This document shows positions 44,889-55,186 of a DNA stretch of 64,000 nt, piece by piece. Source of the DNA: an uncultured Clostridia bacterium (GTDB lineage Bacteria > Bacillota > Clostridia > Oscillospirales > Ruminococcaceae); assembly GCA_947177735.1 (NCBI GenBank), contig CAMWVP010000001.1, positions 1,761 through 65,760 on the forward strand. The letters are read 5' to 3'. The notes beneath the pieces are model-generated. The model did not search any database, was not told where the DNA came from, and was given only the letters and a program-made list of their open reading frames with translations. Within the stretch, counting starts at the first letter, position 1. Every line of letters starts with the position of its first letter. The translations under genes and the position numbers were made by a program.

Positions 44889-45041
44889 CAGCCTGTAGAA
44901 AAAGTCTACATTCAGACTGTCGAGAAGCCCTCAGATACGAGGACGAATGACCGCTTCGCGGTCAACCTAGGCTTGTCGGCTAGCCTTAATGGCTGCCGAA
45001 CAAGCCGTTGACGAAGTAGATGAGGGATTATCGACAGTCTG
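44889..45041 (+). mobile_element. MITE-like element, copy F (long variant, hairpin type 1)
   Basis: CAGCCTGTAGAAAAAGTCTACATT-CAGACTGTCGAGAAGCCC...TTATCGACAGTCTG. Confidence 0.85.
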
Positions 45042-45047
45042 AAATAC

Positions 45048-45088
45048 AAAAGAGAGCCCATTGCATTGAACTGCAATGGGCTCGTTTT
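45048..45088. terminator. Bidirectional terminator
   Basis: AAAAGAGAGCCCATTGCA-TTGAAC-TGCAATGGGCTCGTTTT between convergent genes. Confidence 0.8.
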
Positions 45089-46799
45089 ATGCCATCTGTG
45101 TCGCTTCCTCCGTGTCCGTCACGACGACTATATCGCCGTTTAATATCGTCGTCGCACCCGAAGGGATAATGCTCTCGTCGCCGCGCTTGATCATAACGAT
45201 GAGCAGGCGCTTGGGGAGCTTGAGGTCGCGTATCTGCGCGTTCAGCCAGATGTGACGGCTGTTTATCGGTATCTCGCGGAGCTTGAGACTCTTGTCGCTC
45301 TTGTAGGGCGGCACGGACAGTATAACGCTGTCGTTCGCCTCGATAACGGTGTCGCCGCGCGGGATTATCGTCTCCTTGCCGCGGCGTATCATTACCGCGA
45401 GAGAGCCCGTCGGGAGCGTTATCTCGCTCAGGCGCTTGCCCTCCCAGCTGTGCTTCTCGGGAATGAACATACGCATCATCGTCATCAGGTCGTCCTCGCG
45501 GTAATCGTTAAACGTCTTGAGGACGTCGCTGTTGTCGTCGATAAGCTTCAGCTTCCGCGCAGCCATCGGAAGCAGCGAACCTTGAACAAGCATTGACAGC
45601 AGACATACGCAGAACACTATATTGAAGGTGTTATGCTCGACGGGTGTACCGCTGACGACGGCGAGTATCGCGAAAACGATCGAGGACGCGCCGCGCAGCC
45701 CAGCTAGCGAGATAAACAAGCGGTCGGGCAGGGGAGACTTGCCGCCGAATATTGCCACGGCAATAGGACGTGACAGCAGCGTGAGACATAGGTAGATCGG
45801 CACTGCAAGCAGTATGCTCTCGCCGAACTTTGAGGGCGTTGACAGCAGCCCCAGCAGGAAGAATACCGCGATCTGGCAGATTCCCGTTATACCGTTCAGG
45901 AACACTACCGCGTCCGAGGGAGCTATCGGCTTGCCCTTGTCGTTCAACGTGATGCCGAGTGTGTTATTGAAGAATTTTTTCAACGGCGAGCCTATATGGC
46001 AGATTTGAGCGGGTGTACGCGCGTTTCCGATGATGATACCGGATATGTACACGCTGAGATATCCGTTGCCGCCCAGAAGTGTCGGCAGACCGTATGCCAA
46101 CAGCGCGAACGCTAAGAACATTATGCACTCAAAGCCCGCAGTCTGCGTTTTGACGCGCTTGGAGATGTACGCACAGGACAGACCGACTATCAATCCGAAC
46201 ACTGCGCCGAACACGAGCTGCTCGAATATCAACAGCGCGATAGGCGTGTTATTTCCCTCCGAGAGCAGCGACATCGAGATGATCGTCAGCATATACGAAA
46301 ACGGATCGTTACTGCCGCTCTCCGCTTCCAGCAGGGGGGCAAGCCCGTTTTTGAGGTTCAGCTTTTTCGAGCGGAACACCGAAAATACCGACGCAGCGTC
46401 CGTAGAGCTTATCACCGAGCCCAGCAGCAGGCTCTCCGCGAACCCGAATTTCAGCACGAAGTGACAGAACGCGCAGGTCACTCCCGCCGTTACCGCAACT
46501 CCCAACGTTGACAGCAGCCCCGCCTTTATCATCACGGGCTTTGCCGACTTCCAGCTCATCGAGAAGCCGCCCGTGAACATAATGACTATCAGCGCCGTCT
46601 CACAGACATAGGACGCAAACTCGTAGTTCTCAAACGGTATCCGAATAGGACCGTCGCTGCCAAAGAAGATACCTATACCGATAAAGATAAGCAGGGCGGG
46701 CACACCGATCTTTCCCGACAGTCTGTCGGAAAACACGCACAATATCAGCACTACCGCCACAAACAAAATAAACCCTGTCATAACCTCTCCAAAAATCAT
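45087..46799 (-). CDS. K+/H+ antiporter (NhaP2/CvrA-like) with two RCK_C domains
   Basis: GVPALLIFIGIG, SSTDAASVF, LEAESGSNDP, GLRGASSIVFA; C-terminal MIRRG..IIPRGDT repeats. Confidence 0.92.
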   Translation of the reverse strand: MIFGEVMTGFILFVAVVLILCVFSDRLSGKIGVPALLIFIGIGIFFGSDGPIRIPFENYEFASYVCETALIVIMFTGGFSMSWKSAKPVMIKAGLLSTLGVAVTAGVTCAFCHFVLKFGFAESLLLGSVISSTDAASVFSVFRSKKLNLKNGLAPLLEAESGSNDPFSYMLTIISMSLLSEGNNTPIALLIFEQLVFGAVFGLIVGLSCAYISKRVKTQTAGFECIMFLAFALLAYGLPTLLGGNGYLSVYISGIIIGNARTPAQICHIGSPLKKFFNNTLGITLNDKGKPIAPSDAVVFLNGITGICQIAVFFLLGLLSTPSKFGESILLAVPIYLCLTLLSRPIAVAIFGGKSPLPDRLFISLAGLRGASSIVFAILAVVSGTPVEHNTFNIVFCVCLLSMLVQGSLLPMAARKLKLIDDNSDVLKTFNDYREDDLMTMMRMFIPEKHSWEGKRLSEITLPTGSLAVMIRRGKETIIPRGDTVIEANDSVILSVPPYKSDKSLKLREIPINSRHIWLNAQIRDLKLPKRLLIVMIKRGDESIIPSGATTILNGDIVVVTDTEEATQMA

Positions 46800-46886
46800 T
46801 TTAAAATACAGCTTATATATTTATTTTAGCATATTACAGCCTGTATTGTCAATACCCTAAAGCCTCCATACTATGTCAAATACGGC

Positions 46887-46920
46887 AAAAAATCCCTCCC
46901 GAATCTCTTCGGGAGGGAAC
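46887..46920 (-). terminator. Terminator of ribosomal superoperon
   Basis: TTCCCTCCCGAAGA-GA-TTCGGGAGGGA-TTTTT on minus strand. Confidence 0.75.
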
Positions 46921-46932
46921 ACGGATTTATTA

Positions 46933-47283
46933 TCAGTCGCGGATAAGCTCGATGATAGCCATCTCCGCCGCGTCGCCGCGGCGCGGACCGAGCTTGTAAA
47001 TTCTCGTGTAGCCGCTGCTGCGGGAAGCGTATTTACCCTCAGCCGTATCGTCAAACAGCTTCTTTGCTACGTCCTCTTTCGTGATGTACGAAAAAACCTG
47101 ACGCTTTGTGTGGAGCGTGTTCGCTTTGCTTAATGTGATCATCTTCTCCGCCTCCGCGCGAACTTCCTTTGCGCGGGTCACGGTAGTCTCGATCTTTCCC
47201 TTCTCAAACAGAAAGGTTACCATGCCTCTGAGCATTGCCTTTCTGTGGTCGCTGGCTCTTCCCAGCTTTCTTGAACCTGGCAT
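46933..47283 (-). CDS. rplQ: 50S ribosomal protein L17
   Basis: [15 protein letters not shown]; [19 protein letters not shown]. Confidence 0.97.
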   Translation of the reverse strand: MPGSRKLGRASDHRKAMLRGMVTFLFEKGKIETTVTRAKEVRAEAEKMITLSKANTLHTKRQVFSYITKEDVAKKLFDDTAEGKYASRSSGYTRIYKLGPRRGDAAEMAIIELIRD

Positions 47284-47354
47284 TTTATTTTCTCCTTTCG
47301 GTAGAATTTATCACTATTGCGCAGTTCCCTTTACGGGAACAGGCGCTGCCTAAA

Positions 47355-48311
47355 TCAGTTTTCCTCCGAGCTCATAAGGTCGCAGCCGAGCGACTGGAGC
47401 TTTGCCTTGACTTCATCAAAGGACTTCTTACCGAGGTTTCTGACCTTCATCATATCCTCAGGCGACTTGTTTACGAGATCCTCGACGGTGTTTATGCCCG
47501 CTCTCTTCAAGCAGTTGAACGAACGCACCGACAACTCGAGCTCCTCGATAGTCATCTCGAGAACCTTGTCCTTGCGGCTCTCCTCCTTTGTTTCCATAAG
47601 CTCCTGCGGGTTTGTCTCGTCGGAGAGCTCCGCAAAGAGCTGAAGTCTTTCGATAAGGATCTTTGCGGCATAGGAAACAGCTTCCTTAGCGGAGATCGTT
47701 CCGTCTGTCCAGATCTCTATGATGAGCTTTTCGTAGTCTGTCCTTTGTCCTACACGCGTGTTTTCAACGGTATAGTTGCACTTCAGTACGGGGGTATAAA
47801 TGCTGTCGATCGGAATAACGCCTATCACGGGCTGGAGCTGAGCCTTGTTCTGCTCCGCAGCAACGTAGCCTCTGCCTCTGTCGAGCGTGATATCCATATA
47901 GAGCTTAGCCCCCGCGCCGAGCGTCGCGATGTGCATACCCGGATCGAGTATCTCGACCTCGGAATCGGTCTTGATATCGCCCGCAGTGACCTCGCACTCG
48001 CCCTCGGCTTCGATGTAGATCGTCTTGGGAGCCTCGCCGTACATCTTAGCTCTGAGTCCCTTGATATTGAGTATTATTTCCGTAACATCTTCTTTAACAC
48101 CGGGAATGGTGGAAAACTCGTGCTGAACGCCGTCGATCTTGACAGACGTTGCGGCAACTCCCGGCAATGAGGAGAGTAACACACGTCTCAGGCTGTTGCC
48201 CAAGGTGTTTCCATATCCGCTCTGGAGAGGCTCCAGAACGAACATTCCATAAGTTCCGTCCGACCTTAACTTGAAGGTCTCTATGTTGAGCTTTTCGATT
48301 TTTTCAAGCAT
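47355..48311 (-). CDS. rpoA: RNA polymerase alpha subunit
   Basis: [18 protein letters not shown]; alpha-[22 protein letters not shown]. Confidence 0.98.
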   Translation of the reverse strand: MLEKIEKLNIETFKLRSDGTYGMFVLEPLQSGYGNTLGNSLRRVLLSSLPGVAATSVKIDGVQHEFSTIPGVKEDVTEIILNIKGLRAKMYGEAPKTIYIEAEGECEVTAGDIKTDSEVEILDPGMHIATLGAGAKLYMDITLDRGRGYVAAEQNKAQLQPVIGVIPIDSIYTPVLKCNYTVENTRVGQRTDYEKLIIEIWTDGTISAKEAVSYAAKILIERLQLFAELSDETNPQELMETKEESRKDKVLEMTIEELELSVRSFNCLKRAGINTVEDLVNKSPEDMMKVRNLGKKSFDEVKAKLQSLGCDLMSSEEN

Positions 48312-48607
48312 TTGGTAACCCTCCCACCAGCTTTTCCGTCGGCAGCGCGAAAGCGTATCGCCTCTTTGCCGCCTTTAGTTAATTATCCTGTGCACCGGTC
48401 TGCGCTTTCGCTGCAGACCTGCCGTATCCACTGTTAATTTTAAATCACACTCCGCGTCTTATACAATAAAGTATTGACACAAATCACGCGGCGCAAACAC
48501 CGCGCCGGGTGTGAATTAAAAATAACTGCACTAAATATCTGTATGCATCACAGCGCGTCCGTATTACTCCAAAGCAGTCGAGCTTTACAGACGGCGTCTG
48601 ACTGCTA

Positions 48608-49213
48608 TTATTTAGAATACAGCTCGATAATTAAGTGTTCTGCGATCTCGAAATCAAGATCCTCGCGCTGGAACGGACGTGTTACCTTTGCTAACTGCTT
48701 TTCCTTGTCAACGTCGAGCCACATAGGAGTAAGTCTGCCGCCCGCAACTTCTGCGATCTGCTCAAACTTCTTGCTCTTCTTGCTCTTGTCGCGCAGGGAA
48801 ATGGTGTCGCCTACCTTAACTCTGTAAGAGGGAATATCAACTCTCTTGCCGTTCACACAGAAATGACCGTGAGTTACAAGCTGACGAGCCTCGCGGCGGG
48901 TTATTGCCATACCCATTCTGAAAACGATGTTGTCGAGTCTGCTCTCGAGAAGTCTGATGAGGTTCTCACCGGCGATGCCCTCTTCCTTTGTAGCGAGCTC
49001 ATAGTAGTGATAGAACTGCTTTTCGAGAACGCCGTAAACGAACTTGAGCTTCTGCTTCTCCTTGAGCTGCTGTCCGTACTCGGAAACCTTCTTGCGGCGA
49101 GCGCCGTCCTTCTGGAATCTCTTGGACTTCTTATTCTCGGAATAGCCCAGTACAGCGGGGCTGATATCGAGACTTCTGCACTTTTTCAAAATCGGGTCGC
49201 GATTTACTGCCAT
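48608..49213 (-). CDS. rpsD: 30S ribosomal protein S4
   Basis: SEYGQQLKEKQKLKFVYG; LESRLDNIVFRMG. Confidence 0.98.
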   Translation of the reverse strand: MAVNRDPILKKCRSLDISPAVLGYSENKKSKRFQKDGARRKKVSEYGQQLKEKQKLKFVYGVLEKQFYHYYELATKEEGIAGENLIRLLESRLDNIVFRMGMAITRREARQLVTHGHFCVNGKRVDIPSYRVKVGDTISLRDKSKKSKKFEQIAEVAGGRLTPMWLDVDKEKQLAKVTRPFQREDLDFEIAEHLIIELYSK

Positions 49214-49321
49214 AATATAAAATCCTCCGTTAATCTAATTACATATCGGGCATACGCCCGACGCCGAGCAAACGTTGCGCTCGGGTCTTTTATGCTGTTT
49301 TCTTTTCCATCGGTGCCTCGA

Positions 49322-49717
49322 TCAGACGCGTCTTCTCTTGGGGGGACGGCATCCGTTGTGAGGGATCGGGGTAACGTCCTTGATGAGCTTTACCTCGAGA
49401 CCTGCGGTCTGAAGCGCGCGGATAGCTGCCTCGCGTCCTTGACCGGGACCCTTTACATATACCTCTACGGTCTTGAGTCCGTGCTCCATAGCAGCCTTAG
49501 CCGCAACATCGGCAGCGGTCTGCGCTGCGAAAGGAGTAGACTTTCTCGAACCGCGGAAGCCCAAGCCGCCTGCGGAAGCCCATGAAAGGGCGTTTCCCTG
49601 AAGGTCGGTGATGGTTACGATAGTGTTATTGAAAGACGACTGGATATGCGCCGCACCGTTTTCGATGTTCTTGCGCTCGCGACGTCTGCGAATAACCTGT
49701 TTTTTAGCCTGTGCCAT
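49322..49717 (-). CDS. rpsK: 30S ribosomal protein S11
   Basis: [14 protein letters not shown]; [15 protein letters not shown]. Confidence 0.98.
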   Translation of the reverse strand: MAQAKKQVIRRRRERKNIENGAAHIQSSFNNTIVTITDLQGNALSWASAGGLGFRGSRKSTPFAAQTAADVAAKAAMEHGLKTVEVYVKGPGQGREAAIRALQTAGLEVKLIKDVTPIPHNGCRPPKRRRV

Positions 49718-49736
49718 TTACTTACCGCCTTTCCTA

Positions 49737-50108
49737 TTACTTCTTCTTGTTTGCAATTGTCTTTTTGGGACCCTTGCGTGTTCTGGCGTTGGTCTTTGTG
49801 CGCTGACCGCGAACGGGCAGACCCTTGCGGTGACGCATACCGCGGTAGCAGTTGATCTCTACCAGACGCTTGATGTTGAGTGCTACCATTCTTCTGAGGT
49901 CGCCCTCTACAACGTAACCGTCCTTGTCGATGACCTCACGGATCTTTGCCTCTTCCTCGTCGGTCAGATCCTTAACGCGGGTATCGGGATTTACTCCCGC
50001 CTTTGCCAGAATATCGTTAGCGGACTTTCTGCCAATGCCGTATACGTAGGTAAGACCTATCTCTACGCGCTTCTCCTTGGGCAGGTCCACACCGGCAATT
50101 CTTGCCAT
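49737..50108 (-). CDS. rpsM: 30S ribosomal protein S13
   Basis: [10 protein letters not shown]; [22 protein letters not shown]. Confidence 0.98.
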   Translation of the reverse strand: MARIAGVDLPKEKRVEIGLTYVYGIGRKSANDILAKAGVNPDTRVKDLTDEEEAKIREVIDKDGYVVEGDLRRMVALNIKRLVEINCYRGMRHRKGLPVRGQRTKTNARTRKGPKKTIANKKK

Positions 50109-50149
50109 AGCATTTCCTCCTTAAAAATCGGGATCGACCCTAAACGGGC

Positions 50150-50263
50150 TTAACCCTGTCTCTGCTTGTGCTTGGGTTCAACACAAATTACCATTACTTT
50201 GCCCTTGCGCTTGATGACTTTGCATTTGTCGCACATGGGCTTTACCGAAGGTCTAACTTTCAT
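50150..50263 (-). CDS. rpmJ: 50S ribosomal protein L36 (missing from ORF track)
   Basis: Manual translation [37 protein letters not shown]. Confidence 0.97.
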   Translation of the reverse strand: MKVRPSVKPMCDKCKVIKRKGKVMVICVEPKHKQRQG

Positions 50264-50283
50264 CGTATTCCCTCCTTAAAGGT

Positions 50284-50502
50284 TCACTTGGCACGCCATG
50301 TGATCCTGCCTTTGGTAAGGTCGTAGGGAGACATCTCGACGGTCACCTTATCACCCGGCAGTATGCGGATATAATTCATCCGCAGCTTGCCGCTGATGTG
50401 CGCCAATATCTGGTGCCCGTTTGAAAGCTCAACCTTAAACTGAGCATTCGGGAGCGCCTCGAGGATCGTTCCTTCTACTTCCAATACATCTTCTTTAGAC
50501 AA
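50284..50502 (-). CDS. infA: Translation initiation factor IF-1
   Basis: [10 protein letters not shown]...[19 protein letters not shown]; TTG start at 50502. Confidence 0.97.
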   Translation of the reverse strand: MSKEDVLEVEGTILEALPNAQFKVELSNGHQILAHISGKLRMNYIRILPGDKVTVEMSPYDLTKGRITWRAK

Positions 50503-50503
50503 G

Positions 50504-50764
50504 CTATTCACTCTCCTGTAACGTGCAGTCGGGGCATAACGCTCTGAGCGTCTGCCGCAATTTTTTGTCCGTCAGTCCCTCAAGCTCGATAAGAGCCGAG
50601 GTCGCACGGACGTGCTTAACATTCTTCTTTTTCGGGGTGCCGAGCTTTCGCTCTTTTCCGTCGGCGACGAAAACAAATCCGCCGTCAGCCCCTGTCACGA
50701 CCATGCGTCGTCCGCTGTCGTGCCCCGCGGAGCTTATGACCACTCGTCCTGCCCTTATATCCAT
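50504..50764 (-). CDS. KOW-domain (L14e-like) RNA-binding protein
   Basis: [13 protein letters not shown]...[18 protein letters not shown]; usual position between map and infA; ATG 50764 overlaps the map stop. Confidence 0.88.
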   Translation of the reverse strand: MDIRAGRVVISSAGHDSGRRMVVTGADGGFVFVADGKERKLGTPKKKNVKHVRATSALIELEGLTDKKLRQTLRALCPDCTLQESE

Positions 50765-51519
50765 CAGTGGCTCTCCAATGTCAGAATGACGGGCTCGCCG
50801 TTTGTAATGGCTATCGTATGCTCGAAGTGGCAGGAAAGACTTCCGTCGGTCGTAACGATCGTCCACTTGTCGCTCAATACTCTTACCCGCCGCGAGTGGG
50901 AATTTACCATCGGCTCGATCGCGATAGTCATACCGGGCATAAGTCTCGGACCGTGCCCTGCCTTGCCCTCGTTCGGAACCTCGGGATCCTCGTGCATATC
51001 GCGTCCGACTCCGTGTCCGATAAACTTCTCGGCGCAGGCATACCCGCCCGACTCCACGTGAGTTTGGATGGCGTGCGAGATATCTCCGACGCGGTTGCCC
51101 GCGACTGCCTTTTCGATGCCTTTGTAAAGCGCTTCCTCGGTGAATTTCATCAGCCGCTCCGCTTCCTCGGACACCTTGCCGATCTTGAAGGTCTTGGTAT
51201 TGTCGCCCATAAAGCCGTTAAGCTCCGCTACGATATCGCAGGAGAGGATATCGCCCTCCTTGAGTATTTTCTTCTTGGAGGGGATACCGTGGATAAGCTC
51301 CTCGTTCACCGAAAAGCAGTTGTGCCCCGGAAAGCCCTCGTAGCCCTTGCAGGGGGAGTGACCGCCCTTGGAACGGATGTAGTCGTCGACGATCTTGTCG
51401 AGCTCCCACGTCGATATTCCCGGAACGGCGTGCTTCCCCGCGAGAGCGAGAGCCTGCGCGGCAAGCTCGCCCGCTTTCATCATAGCTTTAAGCTCTGTGG
51501 GATTTTTGATTTGGATCAT
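50764..51519 (-). CDS. map: Methionine aminopeptidase type I
   Basis: NEELIHGIP, GHGVG, AIEPM, HFEHT metal ligands. Confidence 0.97.
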   Translation of the reverse strand: MIQIKNPTELKAMMKAGELAAQALALAGKHAVPGISTWELDKIVDDYIRSKGGHSPCKGYEGFPGHNCFSVNEELIHGIPSKKKILKEGDILSCDIVAELNGFMGDNTKTFKIGKVSEEAERLMKFTEEALYKGIEKAVAGNRVGDISHAIQTHVESGGYACAEKFIGHGVGRDMHEDPEVPNEGKAGHGPRLMPGMTIAIEPMVNSHSRRVRVLSDKWTIVTTDGSLSCHFEHTIAITNGEPVILTLESH

Positions 51520-51551
51520 TTGCCTGTACGCTTTCTAACGGTATAGCCGAA

Positions 51552-52184
51552 TCAGCCCTTGATCGCAGCGAGAACCAACTTGGAGGTCTCAGCGATCTCG
51601 TTCTGTCCCTGTACCGAAACAAGCTTTCCTCTGGACTGATAGTAGTCCTTGAGGGGAGCTGTCTTTTCATGGTAGGTCACAAGGCGTGCCTGTACTGTCT
51701 CGGGCTTATCGTCGATTCTCTGAACGACCTTTGCGCCGCAAGCGTCGCAGATGCCCTCGACCTTTGTGGGCTTGAATTCGATATGGTAGGAGTTTCCGCA
51801 GCCCTCGCAAACGCGTCTGCCGCTCATTCTCGCGGTGATCGCCTCATCGGGAACGTCGATCTCGACTACCTTGTCGATCTGTACGCCCATGCTCTCAAGC
51901 GCCTCGGCCTGTGCAACGGTTCTGGGGAATCCGTCGAGGATAAAACCGTTCTTTGCGTCGTCCTGAGCAATTCTGTCCTTCAAGATGCCGATAACGACCT
52001 CGTCGGGAACAAGCTCGCCCGCGTCCATAAACTTCTTTGCCGCAAGTCCCGCGTCTGTGCCGTTCTTTACAGCCTCGCGAAGCATATTGCCCGTCGAGAT
52101 GGCGGGAATATTCAGTTCCTTGCAGACAACCTCTGCCTGGGTTCCTTTACCGGCGCCGGGAGCGCCCAAAAAAATCATATTCAT
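51552..52184 (-). CDS. adk: Adenylate kinase (zinc LID)
   Basis: GAPGAGKGT, ILDGFPRT, CEGC...CDAC. Confidence 0.97.
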   Translation of the reverse strand: MNMIFLGAPGAGKGTQAEVVCKELNIPAISTGNMLREAVKNGTDAGLAAKKFMDAGELVPDEVVIGILKDRIAQDDAKNGFILDGFPRTVAQAEALESMGVQIDKVVEIDVPDEAITARMSGRRVCEGCGNSYHIEFKPTKVEGICDACGAKVVQRIDDKPETVQARLVTYHEKTAPLKDYYQSRGKLVSVQGQNEIAETSKLVLAAIKG

Positions 52185-52243
52185 AATTTCAGCTCCTTAT
52201 CGGGGAGACGGTCAAGCCGCCTCCTGCATCTTGCTCCCCGCTC

Positions 52244-53605
52244 TTAGTCGAGGAAGCCCGGGTGATGACGCATCATTATCTGGCTCTCGAGTGTACGAAC
52301 CGTTTCGAGCGCAACGCCTACAATGATGAGCATTGTCGTACCGCCAAGCGATACAGCGGAGAAGCTCGGGTTGATCCACGAGAGGATTATCGGGAATATC
52401 GCGATCAGTCCGAGGAATATCGCGCCGATAAGCGTTATTTTGTTGAGCGAATTATAGATGAAGTCGGACGTGGGCTTTCCGGGTCTGTAACCGGGGATAG
52501 CGCCGTTGTTCTTCTTCAGGTTGTTCGCTATTTCAACAGGATTGTAGGTTATCGCCACATAGAAGTAGTTGAACGCGATTATCAGCACAAAGTAGATCGC
52601 CGCGTATGCACCTGACTGATGCGAGAAAAATCTCACAAAGCCGTCCCAGAACGTATCGCCCTTGCCGTCTATTTTAAAGAAATAGCAGATCGTCTGCGGG
52701 AGGCTCATCAGCGACATCGCGAAGATGATGGGCATTACGCCGCTCATTGCTACCTTGATCGGTATATGAGTCGACTGACCGCCGTACATTTTACGTCCGA
52801 CAACGCGCTTTGCGTACTGGACGGGAATTCGTCTCTCCGCGTTCGTCATAAAGATAACGAACCAGATCATCGCGACAAAGATTATTACCGTAAGGATAAT
52901 AAATACGAGGTTTACGCCGATATTGTCGGGATCCGACGAGATAATTCCGATAAAGTTTCCGATCGTTTCGGGGAATCTTGCAACGATACCCGCAAAGAGT
53001 ATCATCGAAATGCCGTTTCCTATACCCTTCTCGTTGATGCGGTCGCCGAGCCAGATAATGACCGACGCGCCCGCCACGAAGCACGCGATAATGGTTATCG
53101 CCGCGAGTATCACGGAGAACTTATCGCTTGTCGTATCGTATACGTCACCGTAGTTCAGTATCGCAACGTGCCTGTCGTTCTGGTCGGTAGTACCGTTTTT
53201 GAGCGAGAAGTAGAACGCCGTCGCCTGGAATATCGCTATGCCGAGCGCAGTGAACTTCGTGATCATATTGAGCTTCTTCCTGCCCTCTTCGCCCTCTTTG
53301 GACAATCTCTCAAGAGGCGGGATAGCGACCGTAAGAAGCTGGATAATGATCGACGCGTTGATATACGGAGTGATGGACATCGCCAGAAGCGTGCCCTTTC
53401 CGAGCGCGCCGCCCGTCATTACGTCGAGGTAATTGAGCAGCGAAGCGCCGGATATCATCTGCGTTATTGCGGCGTTGTTAAGAAACGGAACAAAAATGCT
53501 GGAACCCAAACGGAAAAGTACGAGGATAAACAGCGTGTACAGGATCTTCTTACGCAGCTGGGTATCGACCCATGCGTTACGAAAGACTGTAAGCATTCCG
53601 TTCAA
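52244..53605 (-). CDS. secY: Preprotein translocase SecY
   Basis: ITPYINASIIIQLL, GIGNGISM, AMSGVMPIIFA, LGGTTMLIIVGV. Confidence 0.97.
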   Translation of the reverse strand: MNGMLTVFRNAWVDTQLRKKILYTLFILVLFRLGSSIFVPFLNNAAITQMISGASLLNYLDVMTGGALGKGTLLAMSITPYINASIIIQLLTVAIPPLERLSKEGEEGRKKLNMITKFTALGIAIFQATAFYFSLKNGTTDQNDRHVAILNYGDVYDTTSDKFSVILAAITIIACFVAGASVIIWLGDRINEKGIGNGISMILFAGIVARFPETIGNFIGIISSDPDNIGVNLVFIILTVIIFVAMIWFVIFMTNAERRIPVQYAKRVVGRKMYGGQSTHIPIKVAMSGVMPIIFAMSLMSLPQTICYFFKIDGKGDTFWDGFVRFFSHQSGAYAAIYFVLIIAFNYFYVAITYNPVEIANNLKKNNGAIPGYRPGKPTSDFIYNSLNKITLIGAIFLGLIAIFPIILSWINPSFSAVSLGGTTMLIIVGVALETVRTLESQIMMRHHPGFLD

Positions 53606-54049
53606 TTACATCACCTCAGCCTTTCCGCCTGCCTTTTCAATTTTTTCCTGAGCCGCAGCAGTAAACTTAACTGCCTTTACGGTCAGGCTCTTTGTGAGCT
53701 CGCCGTTGCCGAGAATTTTCACGCCGTCCTTAGCGTCCTTGATAGCGCCGCACTCGATGAGTGCCGCAGCGTCAACGACAGCGCCGCTCTCAAATCTCTT
53801 ATCGAGCTCGGAAACATTGATCGTCGCAAACTCCTTTGCGAAAATGTTGTTAAAGCCTCTCTTCGGCATTCTTCTCTGGAGCGGCATCTGACCGCCCTCA
53901 AAGCCCGGTCTTATCGAACCGCCCGAACGAGCCTTCTGACCCTTATGACCCTTGCCCGCTGTCTTGCCCTGTCCGGAGCCGTGACCGCGGCCAATGCGCT
54001 TTACGTCCTTTACCGAACCTGCTGCCGGCTGTAATTCGTGAAGCTTCAT
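53606..54049 (-). CDS. rplO: 50S ribosomal protein L15
   Basis: MKLHELQP...[22 protein letters not shown]. Confidence 0.97.
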   Translation of the reverse strand: MKLHELQPAAGSVKDVKRIGRGHGSGQGKTAGKGHKGQKARSGGSIRPGFEGGQMPLQRRMPKRGFNNIFAKEFATINVSELDKRFESGAVVDAAALIECGAIKDAKDGVKILGNGELTKSLTVKAVKFTAAAQEKIEKAGGKAEVM

Positions 54050-54092
54050 ATTGCTTTGCACCCCCTAGTAAATTTTAGATGTTCTTGTATAA

Positions 54093-54269
54093 TCAAACCT
54101 CTTCGACCTTTACCAGGTGAGCGATAGTCTTGATTTTACCTTTTGTAGCCTCGTTATCGGGCTGTGTCGTTACAGAGTTCACCTTGCGCAGTCCCAAGGA
54201 ATGTGCAGTGGCGATCTGATTTTTCTTGCAGCTGTTCAAAGAGCGTACAAGAGTAATTTTCAAAGCCAT
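54093..54269 (-). CDS. rpmD: 50S ribosomal protein L30 (missing from ORF track)
   Basis: Manual translation MALKITLVRSLNSCKKNQIATAHSLGLRKVNSVTTQPDNEATKGKIKTIAHLVKVEEV. Confidence 0.95.
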   Translation of the reverse strand: MALKITLVRSLNSCKKNQIATAHSLGLRKVNSVTTQPDNEATKGKIKTIAHLVKVEEV

Positions 54270-54296
54270 GATATTTCTCCTTATCTACGCAGTATA

Positions 54297-54791
54297 TTAG
54301 AGATCCTTAACGCTCTTGCCTCTGAGCGCCGCAACCTCCTCCGCGGTCCTCAAGCTTGTCAGACCCTGCATTGTAGCTCTTACGACGTTGCAGGGATTGT
54401 TGGAACGCAGAGACTTTGTACGGATATTCTTGATACCCGCCATCTCGATAACGGCACGAACGGGACCGCCCGCGATAACGCCGGTACCCTCGGGAGCGGG
54501 ACGCATCAGAACAGCGCCTGCGCCGAACTTGCCGGTGATCTCGTGAGGAATGGTCGTGCCCTTGAGCGCGATCTTGTGAAGATTCTTCTTCGCGTCGTCA
54601 ATTCCCTTGCGGATAGCGTCGGGAACCTCGTTGGATTTGCCCATGCCGAAACCTACTGTGCCATTGCCGTCGCCTACGACTACAAGCGCGGAGAACTTCA
54701 TGATACGTCCGCCCTTTACCGTCTTGGAAACGCGGTTGATGGCAACAACCTTCTCGGAGAGCTCGTTTTCTGTATTTTCAAAATTAGCCAA
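54297..54791 (-). CDS. rpsE: 30S ribosomal protein S5
   Basis: [12 protein letters not shown]; [12 protein letters not shown]. Confidence 0.98.
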   Translation of the reverse strand: MANFENTENELSEKVVAINRVSKTVKGGRIMKFSALVVVGDGNGTVGFGMGKSNEVPDAIRKGIDDAKKNLHKIALKGTTIPHEITGKFGAGAVLMRPAPEGTGVIAGGPVRAVIEMAGIKNIRTKSLRSNNPCNVVRATMQGLTSLRTAEEVAALRGKSVKDL

Positions 54792-54808
54792 GTCTGTTTC
54801 CCTCCTTA

Positions 54809-55168
54809 TCAGAAATTAAGTCCGCCTTCTCTTGCGCCCTCTGCGAGAGCCGCAACTCTGCCGTGGTATACATAGCCGCCTCTGTCGAAAACAACGTCTG
54901 TGATACCCGCAGCCTTTGCAGCCTCGGCGATCGCGAGACCGACCTTCTTAGCAGCCTCGATGTTGCCGCCGTACTGTCCGAAGCCCTTTACCGCCGACGA
55001 TGCGGAAGCGAGGGTCTTGCCGTTTACGTCATCAATGACCTGAGCGTAAATGTGCATGGAAGAACGGAAAACATTGAGTCTGGGGCACTCGGGAGTGCCT
55101 GTGATCTTAGAGCGAACGCGCTTATGACGGCGAAGTCTGCTCTTGTTTTTATCAATAGCTTTAACCAT
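54809..55168 (-). CDS. rplR: 50S ribosomal protein L18
   Basis: PRLNVFRS; [12 protein letters not shown]. Confidence 0.98.
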   Translation of the reverse strand: MVKAIDKNKSRLRRHKRVRSKITGTPECPRLNVFRSSMHIYAQVIDDVNGKTLASASSAVKGFGQYGGNIEAAKKVGLAIAEAAKAAGITDVVFDRGGYVYHGRVAALAEGAREGGLNF

Positions 55169-55186
55169 TTTTCTTCAGTCCTTTCC

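Noticed and set aside
18061-45041. CRISPR interpretation of the repeated hairpin elements
   Set aside because: Copies are dispersed, over 100 bp long, lack regular spacers, and no cas genes are present
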